IMG/VR virus record: IMGVR_UViG_3300037483_001478
Coordinates: 7,989-71,988 of that record
Origin: a virus
DNA: 64,000 nt
Strand: one strand, 5' to 3'
Part shown: positions 45,494-54,571 of the stretch, piece after piece
How positions within the stretch are numbered: position 1 is the first letter of the stretch
Layout: every line of letters starts with the position of its first letter
The notes under the pieces: model-generated
The model's database searches: none
Seen by the model: only the letters and a program-made list of their open reading frames with translations
Told to the model about the DNA's origin: nothing
Made by a program: the position numbers and the translations under genes

Positions 45494-46734
45494 GCGAAGC
45501 TGCCGTCGGTGTAGGCCAGGATCTTGGATTCGCTGTCGAACAGCTCAGGTAGGGTCTCGTACACCACGTCGCCGTCGGCATCCGTAACGGCATTGCCGTC
45601 AGCATCGGTGGCAGGGTACTGCATGCTGCCCCCAGTGCGCACCATCATGTCGTGCAGGATGGTAACAGCGTCGATGACCTTACCTTCCAGCACCTCAAGG
45701 CGACCCAGGAGCTCGTTGCGCACCTCCTGCACCCGCTCGCACACCACTTGGTCTACCGTGTCCCGGAACGCAGCGGCGTCAAACGCAGGGGCTGCTTCTT
45801 GGGCGGGAGCCTCTTCTTCTGAGGCCTGAACGTTGGGAGCCTCTGCCTTCTTGGGCGGCATAGCCACCTTGCCGGGCAGTTTGCCCGGCATTCGGCCCGG
45901 GCCGGCCTTCCCTTCTGCACCGTTCGCCTTTCCAGGCAAAGCGGTCTTTCCCGAGGTGCGATTGATCTTCACGCGCTTGGTTGCTGCTGCATCGGTAGCC
46001 ATTTCGGTCTCCTTAACCTTCTTGGGTTTCTTGCTGTCGGGCGCAATGAGGCCTAGCTCTACCTCGACAGCAATGATCTGGTCCAGAATCTCTTTGCGTT
46101 TCCAGAGGGAGACATCAAGCGCACTCAGCCTGATGGGCCCTTCCGGGTTGACTGCGTAGCGCTTGAGTTCGAAGTCTGCGCGCGGCCGCGGGTTCAGGGT
46201 ACCGTCCAACGGGTTGGTCTCCTGGACGAATGCCCCGCGCTCGTCGGTCACATACTCCAACTGGTTCCTGCGCTGCTCGATGGTGATCCCATCAAAGATG
46301 AGCTCGTCGAGCGGTTCTGCGATGCCTTCGATCATCAGTTCATCCTCTTCCCCTTTCTTGACTCCTTCAGTCGCCCAAGTGGGCAGCATTTGGAAGGCGC
46401 GCACAAAGGCTAGCCCGCCAATTTGTAGGAGTCGGACCCTTGAGTTTAGCTGTCGCTGGCCTATGGACTGCCAGTCGGGGCAGTCTCGGTAACGGTCTTG
46501 CGTGATTACCAAGCCCGGGGCGAAATGACCCTTGCGGTCTTTCAGGTGCGGACAGCCACACACCTTGTCGCAAAAGGCGCATTCCTTGAGCAGGTCTACT
46601 TGCCCAGTGGGTTGATGGCCTGCTCGTTGCGGCTGTAGCAGTCCATCACTTGTAGGTCCCCGCACATTGTGCAATTCGGGCACACCTTCTTCGGCACTTG
46701 CATTCTGAGTTTGTCCCACCATCTTTGCAGCCAT
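45484..46734 (-). CDS. hypothetical protein (Cys-rich N-part, K/A/P/G-rich linker, helical C-part); start uncertain
   Basis: long ORF; strong in-frame internal start TAAGGAG-6nt-ATG at 46002. Confidence 0.7.
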   Translation of the reverse strand: MAAKMVGQTQNASAEEGVPELHNVRGPTSDGLLQPQRAGHQPTGQVDLLKECAFCDKVCGCPHLKDRKGHFAPGLVITQDRYRDCPDWQSIGQRQLNSRVRLLQIGGLAFVRAFQMLPTWATEGVKKGEEDELMIEGIAEPLDELIFDGITIEQRRNQLEYVTDERGAFVQETNPLDGTLNPRPRADFELKRYAVNPEGPIRLSALDVSLWKRKEILDQIIAVEVELGLIAPDSKKPKKVKETEMATDAAATKRVKINRTSGKTALPGKANGAEGKAGPGRMPGKLPGKVAMPPKKAEAPNVQASEEEAPAQEAAPAFDAAAFRDTVDQVVCERVQEVRNELLGRLEVLEGKVIDAVTILHDMMVRTGGSMQYPATDADGNAVTDADGDVVYETLPELFDSESKILAYTDGSFAGE

Positions 46735-46937
46735 TTGCTGAGCGTTTCGGCAGTGCCTGCCATAGGTAAGGGTTCTGGACGTGGGGTGAACGTCTCTAGG
46801 GCCTGGACGACCAGATCCCTAGGAGTTGCCCTACTGACGTTGAGCCCGTTCTTGTTAGCCAGCAGCACCAGCTCAGAGTCATTGAGCGCGTCGAATGAGG
46901 CCACGGGCGCCGGTTTTGGTCCTTTTAGCTTGGCCAT
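46596..46937 (-). CDS. HeH/Rho-N-like plus Cys-cluster protein
   Basis: FDALNDSELVLLANKNGL...RDLVVQAL; CPNCTMC......C. Confidence 0.65.
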   Translation of the reverse strand: MAKLKGPKPAPVASFDALNDSELVLLANKNGLNVSRATPRDLVVQALETFTPRPEPLPMAGTAETLSKWLQRWWDKLRMQVPKKVCPNCTMCGDLQVMDCYSRNEQAINPLGK

Positions 46938-46938
46938 G

Positions 46939-47490
46939 CTAGCTCCGGAAAAATTGGTCTCTATCTATCATGAACAATCGCACAACTGCACGGGGTCTTT
47001 TAGGATCCTCGTGTTTTTCGGGGATGGCCCGGAAGATCTGGCAGTCGTCTATGCCCAACACAGAAGCCATGGAATCCTGAAGGAACTTAACGCGGTTGTC
47101 TGCGTCAATGCGCTTATACCGGGTAGTTGCCTTTCTTTCACCTTTTCGAGCCCCCTTTTTGAAGGCCTCGAACCACCCTGGGTTCTCCAACCGCTCGAAG
47201 TACAACTTGAGGTGCATCTCGTAGACAAAATCGGGGCCTACCGGGAATTTGTGAATGTCAGGTATCTGCAAAACCAGAGCTTTCATGACTTCTCGGTAGG
47301 TCACAGCTACCGCTGACAACGCCAAACCACCGCCCCTCCGCCGCTGGTACAGCTTGTTGACCGAAGGAGGCAGTGCCAGCTCTACTGTGAAGTCATCGGC
47401 CGATGTGCCTTGGGATGCTCCGCACGGTGCTTGGGCGGGCGGGGCCGGTATTTTGTCCACCCTTTGGGGGCGAGGAAGCTGCAGAGCCAT
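46939..47490 (-). CDS. rusA: RusA-family Holliday junction resolvase
   Basis: LPPSVNKLY, DADNRVKFLQD, GIDDCQI; start at ATG 47490 with GGAGGAG SD. Confidence 0.82.
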   Translation of the reverse strand: MALQLPRPQRVDKIPAPPAQAPCGASQGTSADDFTVELALPPSVNKLYQRRRGGGLALSAVAVTYREVMKALVLQIPDIHKFPVGPDFVYEMHLKLYFERLENPGWFEAFKKGARKGERKATTRYKRIDADNRVKFLQDSMASVLGIDDCQIFRAIPEKHEDPKRPRAVVRLFMIDRDQFFRS

Positions 47491-48148
47491 GGTACACGTC
47501 TCCTCCCATGTCCGAGAAATCATCTCGACCACGCCCGATAAATCCTTGGCCTAGCATCTTCTTTCGAATCTGCTCCTGGTGGATGGTGACTTCTCGACTG
47601 ATGACCTTCATATCCTGATCTGCGACTTTCCACATAGCTTGGATGATGTCGTAGACCGCGTTGACTTCTTCATACGCAGCACTGGCACGTATGAAGCGGG
47701 CGTCAATACGTGCCCGGTCGCTGGCTTCCTGATCGTTTACCTTCTTACCCCTTTCTCCCATCTTCTTGTGGGCAGATCGCACGTGGGACCACAAAAATTC
47801 CTTCTTGCGCATCGTCTCGGAGCGCTCGGCGGCCACCATCTCGCTCACGAAAGCCAAGTAGGCGAACCACCCAGAGAACAGGCTATAGAGCGCCGACAGT
47901 TGGTCTAAGCTCAATTTTCTGATGACAGTAGGGAGCCTGCCATCAAAATACTGCCCTACTTGGGCGTTTGCGTAGATCGACAGGTGCTCAGATTCGAACC
48001 GCGGCTTGGGAGGTGCATTGACCCCCAAACTCTTGATGCGCTCGGTGACCCGATCGATAAAGCTGTAGTATTCTAGACCCTCGTTTTCGTTGCAGTAAAA
48101 TTCGCCGAAGGTCCCTTCTTCCTCATTCTGACCATTCGAGCCAACCAC
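47393..48148 (-). CDS. helical protein, possible recombination mediator (UvsY-like)
   Basis: AAGGAG SD + GTG; long helices; position among recombination genes; function is inference. Confidence 0.55.
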   Translation of the reverse strand: MVGSNGQNEEEGTFGEFYCNENEGLEYYSFIDRVTERIKSLGVNAPPKPRFESEHLSIYANAQVGQYFDGRLPTVIRKLSLDQLSALYSLFSGWFAYLAFVSEMVAAERSETMRKKEFLWSHVRSAHKKMGERGKKVNDQEASDRARIDARFIRASAAYEEVNAVYDIIQAMWKVADQDMKVISREVTIHQEQIRKKMLGQGFIGRGRDDFSDMGGDVYHGSAASSPPKGGQNTGPARPSTVRSIPRHIGR

Positions 48149-48944
48149 GATTGCTCTCCTTTTTGTACCCTCGGGGACACGCATAGTAGTAAGGGCACCA
48201 CTTGCAATTCCAAGAGGGCGAAGCCACAGGAGCTTCGCCCTTCTTTAGGCTGTCGAGGACTGGAAGGACGGTCTTGTCTTGTATGTCTTTCCAGATGTTT
48301 GGGTCGAACGCGATGGGATGCTCCAACAGATCGCTGTTGTTTTTTCCTATGTAGAACACCAGGCCAAAAGGCACGTCGGACAAATACATGTAGAAGTGCA
48401 GTTGCCTTACGTGCTCCTCCATAGGCTTATGGATCACCGCATCCCAGCCATAGCTGGCTTTTTCTTTCCCCTCCTTGATGGACTTTGCTTCCAAGATGAA
48501 GCGCACCTGCGAGAACGTGAATATACCGTCTGTATGACTCTTCACGTTCAAGGCGGCATCCGACAAAGGAACTTCCGCTTGGAACTGATCCTGATACATG
48601 TTTTTCAAATGCGTCTGGAACATGTCATGCAGGGCAGTGCCAATGTCCCACGTCAACTGCGTTTTGAATTCGAAGGAGTTCATCGGTTCGATTTCAAACG
48701 TGCAGTCGTAGTAGATCCGTAGCAAACAGACCCCTACTTTGGACGCCGCCGACGGGTGTATCCCGGGAGCGCGTTTCTGGTAGCGGTGCAGCTTGTACTT
48801 GATCACAGTGGTAACTTCGTTGTCGTGAAGCCACTGGAAGTAGTCCTCTATGTCCTCCTTGATAGTCACTTCTTCAAGGTGCTTATCAACAGAGGCTGGA
48901 TTCGTTTTTCTGGCCTCCTCTAAGTCTTTGAGGGTGCGGATCAT
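48123..48944 (-). CDS. Cas4-like PD-(D/E)XK exonuclease
   Basis: IHPS..C, GTALH, HTDG, LEAKS, QLHFYM, CKWCPYYYAC; ATGA-coupled start 48944. Confidence 0.85.
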   Translation of the reverse strand: MIRTLKDLEEARKTNPASVDKHLEEVTIKEDIEDYFQWLHDNEVTTVIKYKLHRYQKRAPGIHPSAASKVGVCLLRIYYDCTFEIEPMNSFEFKTQLTWDIGTALHDMFQTHLKNMYQDQFQAEVPLSDAALNVKSHTDGIFTFSQVRFILEAKSIKEGKEKASYGWDAVIHKPMEEHVRQLHFYMYLSDVPFGLVFYIGKNNSDLLEHPIAFDPNIWKDIQDKTVLPVLDSLKKGEAPVASPSWNCKWCPYYYACPRGYKKESNRGWLEWSE

Positions 48945-49408
48945 TCCAGGTCCCCGGCTGTCCTGGCGTAGTGCTCGTACAACCACGCCGGAAGCACATA
49001 GTAGGTTTGTGGTGGATAAACTCCCTGAAACTCAATGGCCATGACAGGGTTTTCCTTGCCCTGGGCTGCCTGCTCGATTTTCTTCAGGTCCTCGAGCTTT
49101 AGGGTGTAGGAGGCAGCTCGCGTGAACTTGCATTCCCCGCGTACTACACCGAATTTTCGGAAATCACCCTTTACTTGGCCGGCGCCTGAAGCAGCGGTGC
49201 GCTGCCCGCCGTGCCTCGCGGCCTCTTTTTTCTCCTGTAGGTTGCTACGTTTTTGGTTGTCGTTCTTCCCGACTTTTGTATCTATCATTGTGAACCCTTG
49301 ACCGCATGTCGCGCACTGCATATCCGGAAGCCCTGCTTTTCTTCGCTCTGCTATTATTGTCCTCCCCCAGAGCTGCGGGGTACCGCAGTGCGGGCAAGTC
49401 ACGTTCAT
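48941..49408 (-). CDS. Zn-ribbon + PD-(D/E)XK Holliday-junction-resolvase-like nuclease
   Basis: CPHC..CATC; QEK..A, SGAGQVKGD, ECKFT. Confidence 0.78.
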   Translation of the reverse strand: MNVTCPHCGTPQLWGRTIIAERRKAGLPDMQCATCGQGFTMIDTKVGKNDNQKRSNLQEKKEAARHGGQRTAASGAGQVKGDFRKFGVVRGECKFTRAASYTLKLEDLKKIEQAAQGKENPVMAIEFQGVYPPQTYYVLPAWLYEHYARTAGDLE

Positions 49409-50730
49409 TTGAATCTCACAGGTAGGTTGGCCTTCAGCATGCAGCTGGTGCGAAGGCGTTGTTCAAGTTCGTAGTCGTTGACGATCGCTTCGGCCATTCT
49501 CTCCTTTCCATGAAACTTGCCGAGTTCTTTTCCGTTTTCTTCCCAGACTAGCCAGGCTGCTCCTGTCACCACATCGAGAGATTTGGCGGTCTCTACCAAG
49601 TCCGTGATGACGTCCACGCCCCATTGGGACCCAAGAAGCTCGACGTCTTTCCAGAAGACAGGGTCCTTCTGGCCTACGTAGAAGTAGTTGTACTCCCCCT
49701 TGATGCCATCGTGGGTCCCTGCTTTGCCCTTGGTGAGCTCCCAACGAACAGCCCGCCCGATCTTGCGGCGCGCAGACCCATTGTAGATGGGCTCCCCTTT
49801 TTTGAGCTCAACACTGATGAGCTGGCCGTGTTTCCAGGCGTAGGCTCCTGCCGCGGCGTGAGTGCCTCCCATCGTGTTGCCAATATTGGCTCTGGCTTGG
49901 TTGATGCCGATGAGAGTAGTTTCCAGCATGGTGCCGTCAGCGCGGTCCATGATGAACAGCGGGTAGGCCTGATTGACAAAGCTGGTGAGGATGGTGGAGC
50001 TGCCCCCATACACCTTATCTCCTACGCTGGCGTCTTCTTGATCGGCACGTAGAAGCGCGCCCAAGGACTCAATGATGACGAGTTGGAAGATGCCTTCCTC
50101 TAAGGCACTTACTGCGACGTCGAGAGCTTTGTCTCCAGAGGAGGCAGTGACTACAACAACGCTACCAATCTGCTTTCGCAGATCTGCTAGCTCCTCTTTA
50201 GAGAAGGGCTCCATACCGCGCTCTTTGCGCAGTCCTGTGAAGTGTTTGATTTCGTCTTCAGAGTAGGCCACGCAGAAACCACTTGTACGGGCGAATCCTT
50301 TATCCGTACGGATTTCTGTGGATACAATGAGGATGTTGGCATTGTTCCCGTAGTTTTTCTGCACCTGCCCTGCAGTACGGAAGGCAAGATGCGTTTTGCC
50401 CACAGAGTCCGCCCCGAATATTTGCGCGTGCCCCCCAGCATGGAATCCTCCAGCCATAGCTACGTCTAGGCTCATGACTCCTGTGGGGCGGCGCAAATAG
50501 TAGGGGGTGCTAAAGTCGCTGGCTCTGCGTACCTGGGCCACTCCCTGGAATTTCTTGTTCTTGTTGATCTTGTTGAGCCATGCCGATACTTGAGCCGAGC
50601 CGCTCCTTACTTTGGGCTCCTCAGGCAGTACTTCTACCACTTCAGGCGCTGTTTCAGGGGCGGCTTCCTTGGGTTCTTTGGCGGCTTTGGCAGCAGGAAC
50701 AGCCACCTTTACCTTCTTACGCGGGGCCAT
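49405..50730 (-). CDS. recA: RecA/UvsX-like recombinase
   Basis: PTGVMSLDVAMAGG, Walker A GADSVGKT, STE, IGINQAR, AAGAYAWKH. Confidence 0.88.
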   Translation of the reverse strand: MAPRKKVKVAVPAAKAAKEPKEAAPETAPEVVEVLPEEPKVRSGSAQVSAWLNKINKNKKFQGVAQVRRASDFSTPYYLRRPTGVMSLDVAMAGGFHAGGHAQIFGADSVGKTHLAFRTAGQVQKNYGNNANILIVSTEIRTDKGFARTSGFCVAYSEDEIKHFTGLRKERGMEPFSKEELADLRKQIGSVVVVTASSGDKALDVAVSALEEGIFQLVIIESLGALLRADQEDASVGDKVYGGSSTILTSFVNQAYPLFIMDRADGTMLETTLIGINQARANIGNTMGGTHAAAGAYAWKHGQLISVELKKGEPIYNGSARRKIGRAVRWELTKGKAGTHDGIKGEYNYFYVGQKDPVFWKDVELLGSQWGVDVITDLVETAKSLDVVTGAAWLVWEENGKELGKFHGKERMAEAIVNDYELEQRLRTSCMLKANLPVRFK

Positions 50731-50907
50731 CTACTTGCGCTCCTTTGCCTCGAACGGTTCGGTGCCATGCTCAGGGCAAGTGCCATCTGTGCGTAGGGCC
50801 TTCCCACACCAAGGGCAAGTAGAGGGTTTGTTGTAAGTCACTTCAGCTTTCTTCACGGTGTCATCCAGCTCTACGCCGTACTTGTTCATTCCTTTGTCAT
50901 CGCTCAT
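50731..50907 (-). CDS. 58 aa Zn-finger protein (not in ORF track)
   Basis: MSDDKGMNKYGVELDDTVKKAEVTYNKPSTCPWCGKALRTDGTCPEHGTEPFEAKERK*; AGGAGA SD; fills the polA-recA gap. Confidence 0.75.
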   Translation of the reverse strand: MSDDKGMNKYGVELDDTVKKAEVTYNKPSTCPWCGKALRTDGTCPEHGTEPFEAKERK

Positions 50908-50916
50908 GCTGTTCTC

Positions 50917-53151
50917 CTACTTGGCAAGGTCCCAACTGGGGACGATTTTCAGGTCAACAGGCGTTGGAACACACAAAGGGTCCTCACCTTCTGCGAACGG
51001 ATGCTCCATGCATTCCCGAATGATGGGTGCCGCGCGCTCAGCGTTCTCTATAGGCGCCTCAAATACGAGTTCGTCATGCACTTGGTTGAGCAGACGTACT
51101 CTTAGCATTTTCAACTCTTGGCTGGCCTCGACGCGCAGCATCGCCGCACGTATGAGGTCGGCGGAGCTCCCTTGGATGCATGTGTTGACCGCTTCACGTT
51201 CTGCGTGACCCCGAAGGGATTGATGATTGCTGTCAATGTCGGGAAGCCGGCGGTAGCGCCCGGCTATTGTCTGCACGTATCCGAAGGCTTCGGTATGCCC
51301 AGATTCGGTAAGCGCGATAGCACCAGGCGTACGCACTTCTGGAACATCATGACGCATACCTCGGCGCCCTTGGGCGTCTGCGGTGAACTTCTTTCGGTCA
51401 CGGCATTCGTCGGGCACCGTGTCCATGTACCGCTTTACCCCAGGGAACGCTCCGAAGTACGCGGCTATCTTGTCCGCTGCGATGCTTTCTCTGGCCAGTC
51501 TCACAAGAGCTTTGTGATCGTCCATGGCAGGGTTGTCTCGCATCTTTCTTTGGATGCGTTTCTGCGTGTAGGAATCCTCCAAAAGCTCCTCCGCACGTGC
51601 GGCGATGTCCTCTTCGGAGATTTCTATCTCCTCAGATATCTTCCCCGGACCGGCACCGTAGATGATACCGAACCCCACCTTCTTGTAGTCCTGCCGCAGC
51701 GCTTGCAACATCTTCTGCCGGGCATCAGGGCTCTTTGCCTTTTTGGCTGCTGCCGCCTCTTCGTACGAAACCCCTGGAACGATACGACTGACCGTGTAGG
51801 AGTGTAGGTCCTTGCCGTCCCGAATGGCGTTGATCATGTTCTGGTCTTGCGACCTATCAGCCATGATGCGCATCTCAACCTGCTCTTGGTCAACTACAAT
51901 AAGAACGAAGCCGGGAGCAGCTACCACAGAACGTCGTACACCGTACTCGTCATTGTCTGGGCGTGGGAAATTTTGCGAATTTGGAACCGAAGTAGAAAGC
52001 CTGCCTGTGCGCGCACCGAATTGGTGAAAATTAGGATGAATGCGCTTGTCGGGGTACGCTTTGGCTAGTTTGCTGAGCGTTTCTACGTAGGTATTCTTCA
52101 TCTTATACAGCTTGCGGCAATTGACGACATGGATAGCCATCTCCACGCCTGCTTCCTCAAGTAGAGTAAGCACTTCTTCGTCAACTGACGGAGCCCCGCC
52201 TTTGGTCTTCTTTACGACTTTCAAGCCCATGCCGCGCTTTTTAGCGTCGGGATCTTGGGCATGCCCAAAGAACAAAGCGGACAGCTGTTTGGGAGAATTA
52301 ACGTTGATGGGCTTACCCGCAAGGCGGTTGACCTCGCGCTCGAGCTCGGTGATCCTGGTGGTAAGGATGGGTATTTTACTGTCGAGGTAGCCGGTGTCGA
52401 TAGCTATGCCTCGTCGTTCCATCTTCCACAGAACGTGCGTAAACTCGAGCTCCACTTCCTGGAAGTATTCCCACAGGTTATACCCCGTGTGGTCTATTGG
52501 AGTATCCTTCAGGCGGTCTTTGAGCCACTCGCAAACACGTAGGTGGGCGTAAGCGTCATAGGAGGCGTAGTCGATGACGTTCTCTAGGGGTAGGTCAAAC
52601 AGGGACGTCTCATGCTCTTTGGCCTTGTTGCCGTATTTGTCTCTATCAAACAGCACGCTGTACGGCGTCATGTGGAGGCCGCACCAGTCTCTGGCGCATG
52701 TTTTAAGTGTGTACTGCCTGCGGTTTTCGTCGTGTAGGTGCGCCATAGCCAGGCCATCGAACACAACCGCATTCCAGATGTGCACGCCCGAGTTCCAGCT
52801 CACGTGCCCATCGTATTTGGCGTTCCACCCCGCTATATGGAGGGCAGGGTTTTCTAGGAAGGGGGTGAAGTACTCGAGGTACTCCCGCGAGATGCACCAG
52901 CGGTGGTACCCATCCTCAAGCTCGGCTGCGAGTGACCAGAAGATGACGGTATCGACCATCCAGTTGAGCGGCTTGCTGTTGCCTACGGTAAAGTCGAGCG
53001 TCTTGCCGGTTGTTTCAGTGTCGTACCCAATGAAGCTATGCGGGTCTAGCTCCACTTTCCTTTGTAGGGTGTAGAGAAGTCGCCTAGCGCTATCCTCATC
53101 GTCTATGTACTCAGGAAGGGGTACTCCCAGATTGAATGTCCTGCCTGACAT
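50917..53151 (-). CDS. polA: DNA polymerase family A (3'-5' exonuclease + polymerase; no 5' nuclease)
   Basis: ExoI YDTET, ExoII NAKYD, ExoIII YASYD; TGRLS, motif A DQEQVEMR, motif B R..YKKVGFGIIYG, motif C VHDELV. Confidence 0.95.
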   Translation of the reverse strand: MSGRTFNLGVPLPEYIDDEDSARRLLYTLQRKVELDPHSFIGYDTETTGKTLDFTVGNSKPLNWMVDTVIFWSLAAELEDGYHRWCISREYLEYFTPFLENPALHIAGWNAKYDGHVSWNSGVHIWNAVVFDGLAMAHLHDENRRQYTLKTCARDWCGLHMTPYSVLFDRDKYGNKAKEHETSLFDLPLENVIDYASYDAYAHLRVCEWLKDRLKDTPIDHTGYNLWEYFQEVELEFTHVLWKMERRGIAIDTGYLDSKIPILTTRITELEREVNRLAGKPINVNSPKQLSALFFGHAQDPDAKKRGMGLKVVKKTKGGAPSVDEEVLTLLEEAGVEMAIHVVNCRKLYKMKNTYVETLSKLAKAYPDKRIHPNFHQFGARTGRLSTSVPNSQNFPRPDNDEYGVRRSVVAAPGFVLIVVDQEQVEMRIMADRSQDQNMINAIRDGKDLHSYTVSRIVPGVSYEEAAAAKKAKSPDARQKMLQALRQDYKKVGFGIIYGAGPGKISEEIEISEEDIAARAEELLEDSYTQKRIQRKMRDNPAMDDHKALVRLARESIAADKIAAYFGAFPGVKRYMDTVPDECRDRKKFTADAQGRRGMRHDVPEVRTPGAIALTESGHTEAFGYVQTIAGRYRRLPDIDSNHQSLRGHAEREAVNTCIQGSSADLIRAAMLRVEASQELKMLRVRLLNQVHDELVFEAPIENAERAAPIIRECMEHPFAEGEDPLCVPTPVDLKIVPSWDLAK

Positions 53152-53398
53152 TGAACCTCCATTTGGGGACCACCTCCAAAAGGTGGCGTTCGTAGGGTCG
53201 CGTGCTAGCAGTTAGGGCTAGCGCGAAGTCCATTTTAGCTGCGCGGCAGACAAGACTGTGTAGCTCGCGCGCAAGGGGAAAGGTCTCCAAGGACCCCGTT
53301 GCCGAGATCTTCTTGGAGACCTTTCTTGCCTCAGCGAGTACAGCATGCCTAGCCGCTCTTACAGCCGTTACAGCTGCAGAGTGCTTGGCCCACCCCAT
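53111..53398 (-). CDS. hypothetical protein
   Basis: 95 aa, abuts upstream stop. Confidence 0.55.
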   Translation of the reverse strand: MGWAKHSAAVTAVRAARHAVLAEARKVSKKISATGSLETFPLARELHSLVCRAAKMDFALALTASTRPYERHLLEVVPKWRFNVRQDIQSGSTPS

Positions 53399-54571
53399 TT
53401 ACGCCTCAGCAGCTTTTCGTGCATACCGCCTGTACTGCGGGGCTTCAGCGGCTGCGGCGTCAGGGTTGCTTGAGAAAGGGTCAGCCACGCCGAGTAGGCG
53501 GGCTTGCTCGGAAGAAGGCAGCGGGGCCAGTAGTTTGTCGAGGTCGTATATTTGGCTATTAGCTTTGGCGACCTTTTCGGCCATCTCGCCCGTCCCTTGA
53601 TATTTCACGTCAAACAGCCGAGGGTCAGGCTCTTGGATGGCGTAGTCTGTGACGAGTAGGTCCGCCGTATTCTTATCGTCAGCTTTCCGCAAGGTAAGCT
53701 GAGTGTCGAACACGGTGTAGGGGTCTACCGCGCAACCCTCAGTACTGCACATTTTGTCCGGCTGAGGCAGGGCCTTGTTCCCACATTCGTGGCACGCGCA
53801 CGGGTTGATGACTTTCTCGAAGAGCTCGGCGTGGTCGCCAATGAAGGCCGACCAGGACTCGTTGCAACTATCGCATGTGGCGACGTTGGTATCGGGCTCG
53901 ATGGTGATGTCCTCGGACCCGCATTCGCAGGTGGCGCACACGTCAACCAGGACCGCGTTGCACGCTCTGCAGGTGTAGACAGGAACGAAGATGCTCCCGC
54001 CACACTTGCACATGGTAAGCTCCAACTTCTTGTGCACCTGGTAGACAGAATCTGACCAGTGCTTGGGGGCGAAGTTGAAGAAGGTCTTCAGGCCAAAAGT
54101 CTTTTGGACGTTGGCCGTGCACATTTTGCACCCGCGACCCCGGCACCGCTCCCGGTCGTGGTAGGTCCCAGACTTGTCGTCTTTCTCCTTCTCAACCAGG
54201 TGGAACCATTCTTCTACGTATCCGCCTACTGCGTAGTAGGGCTTTGGCGGGAACTTCACCATGCGGGGGTTGGGTTTGATGCTCAGCCCAAACTGCGCCG
54301 GATTGGCCAAAGCACAAGGCACACACTCAGGGCCACACTCAATGTAAGCTCCTTGCCCTTTGGGCCCTGCCCCTGAGACGAAATGCCGCAGGCCCGCTCG
54401 AAAGGGTAGGGGTTGCCCTGTGGTAGGGTGGGTATAGGGCTGCGGTGGGAGCGCGAAATGGACCTTCACAGGCAGGGTGTCTATCTTGTAGGCGCGGCGG
54501 ATTCTGTTACCGCCCTTCATCGAGGCTTTCTTGTCTTCGTAAACGCTGGCATCCCAGTTGGAATCGTACAT
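53399..54571 (-). CDS. Cys-rich protein, candidate ssDNA-binding protein
   Basis: AGGAGG SD; 20 Cys; position between primase and polymerase. Confidence 0.55.
   Translation of the reverse strand: MYDSNWDASVYEDKKASMKGGNRIRRAYKIDTLPVKVHFALPPQPYTHPTTGQPLPFRAGLRHFVSGAGPKGQGAYIECGPECVPCALANPAQFGLSIKPNPRMVKFPPKPYYAVGGYVEEWFHLVEKEKDDKSGTYHDRERCRGRGCKMCTANVQKTFGLKTFFNFAPKHWSDSVYQVHKKLELTMCKCGGSIFVPVYTCRACNAVLVDVCATCECGSEDITIEPDTNVATCDSCNESWSAFIGDHAELFEKVINPCACHECGNKALPQPDKMCSTEGCAVDPYTVFDTQLTLRKADDKNTADLLVTDYAIQEPDPRLFDVKYQGTGEMAEKVAKANSQIYDLDKLLAPLPSSEQARLLGVADPFSSNPDAAAAEAPQYRRYARKAAEA

Noticed and set aside
45231-45605. 124 aa - strand ORF (and 45186-45587 + ORF) spanning the operon junction
   Set aside because: No protein-like features and crosses the junction hairpin; the Rho-N-like peptide is in a different frame.
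46585-46610. Second -1 frameshift fusing 46596-46937 to the downstream ORF
   Set aside because: Frames are compatible, but G_GGC_AAG is not slippery and I see no clear stimulatory structure; left as an unresolved start.
48123-48944. Cas4-like gene as evidence of a CRISPR-Cas system
   Set aside because: No repeat-spacer array or other cas genes seen; solo Cas4-like nucleases are common in phage recombination modules.
51250-51640. Intein or intron in DNA polymerase
   Set aside because: Insertions are short, lack C/S...HN splice motifs, and the frame is uninterrupted.
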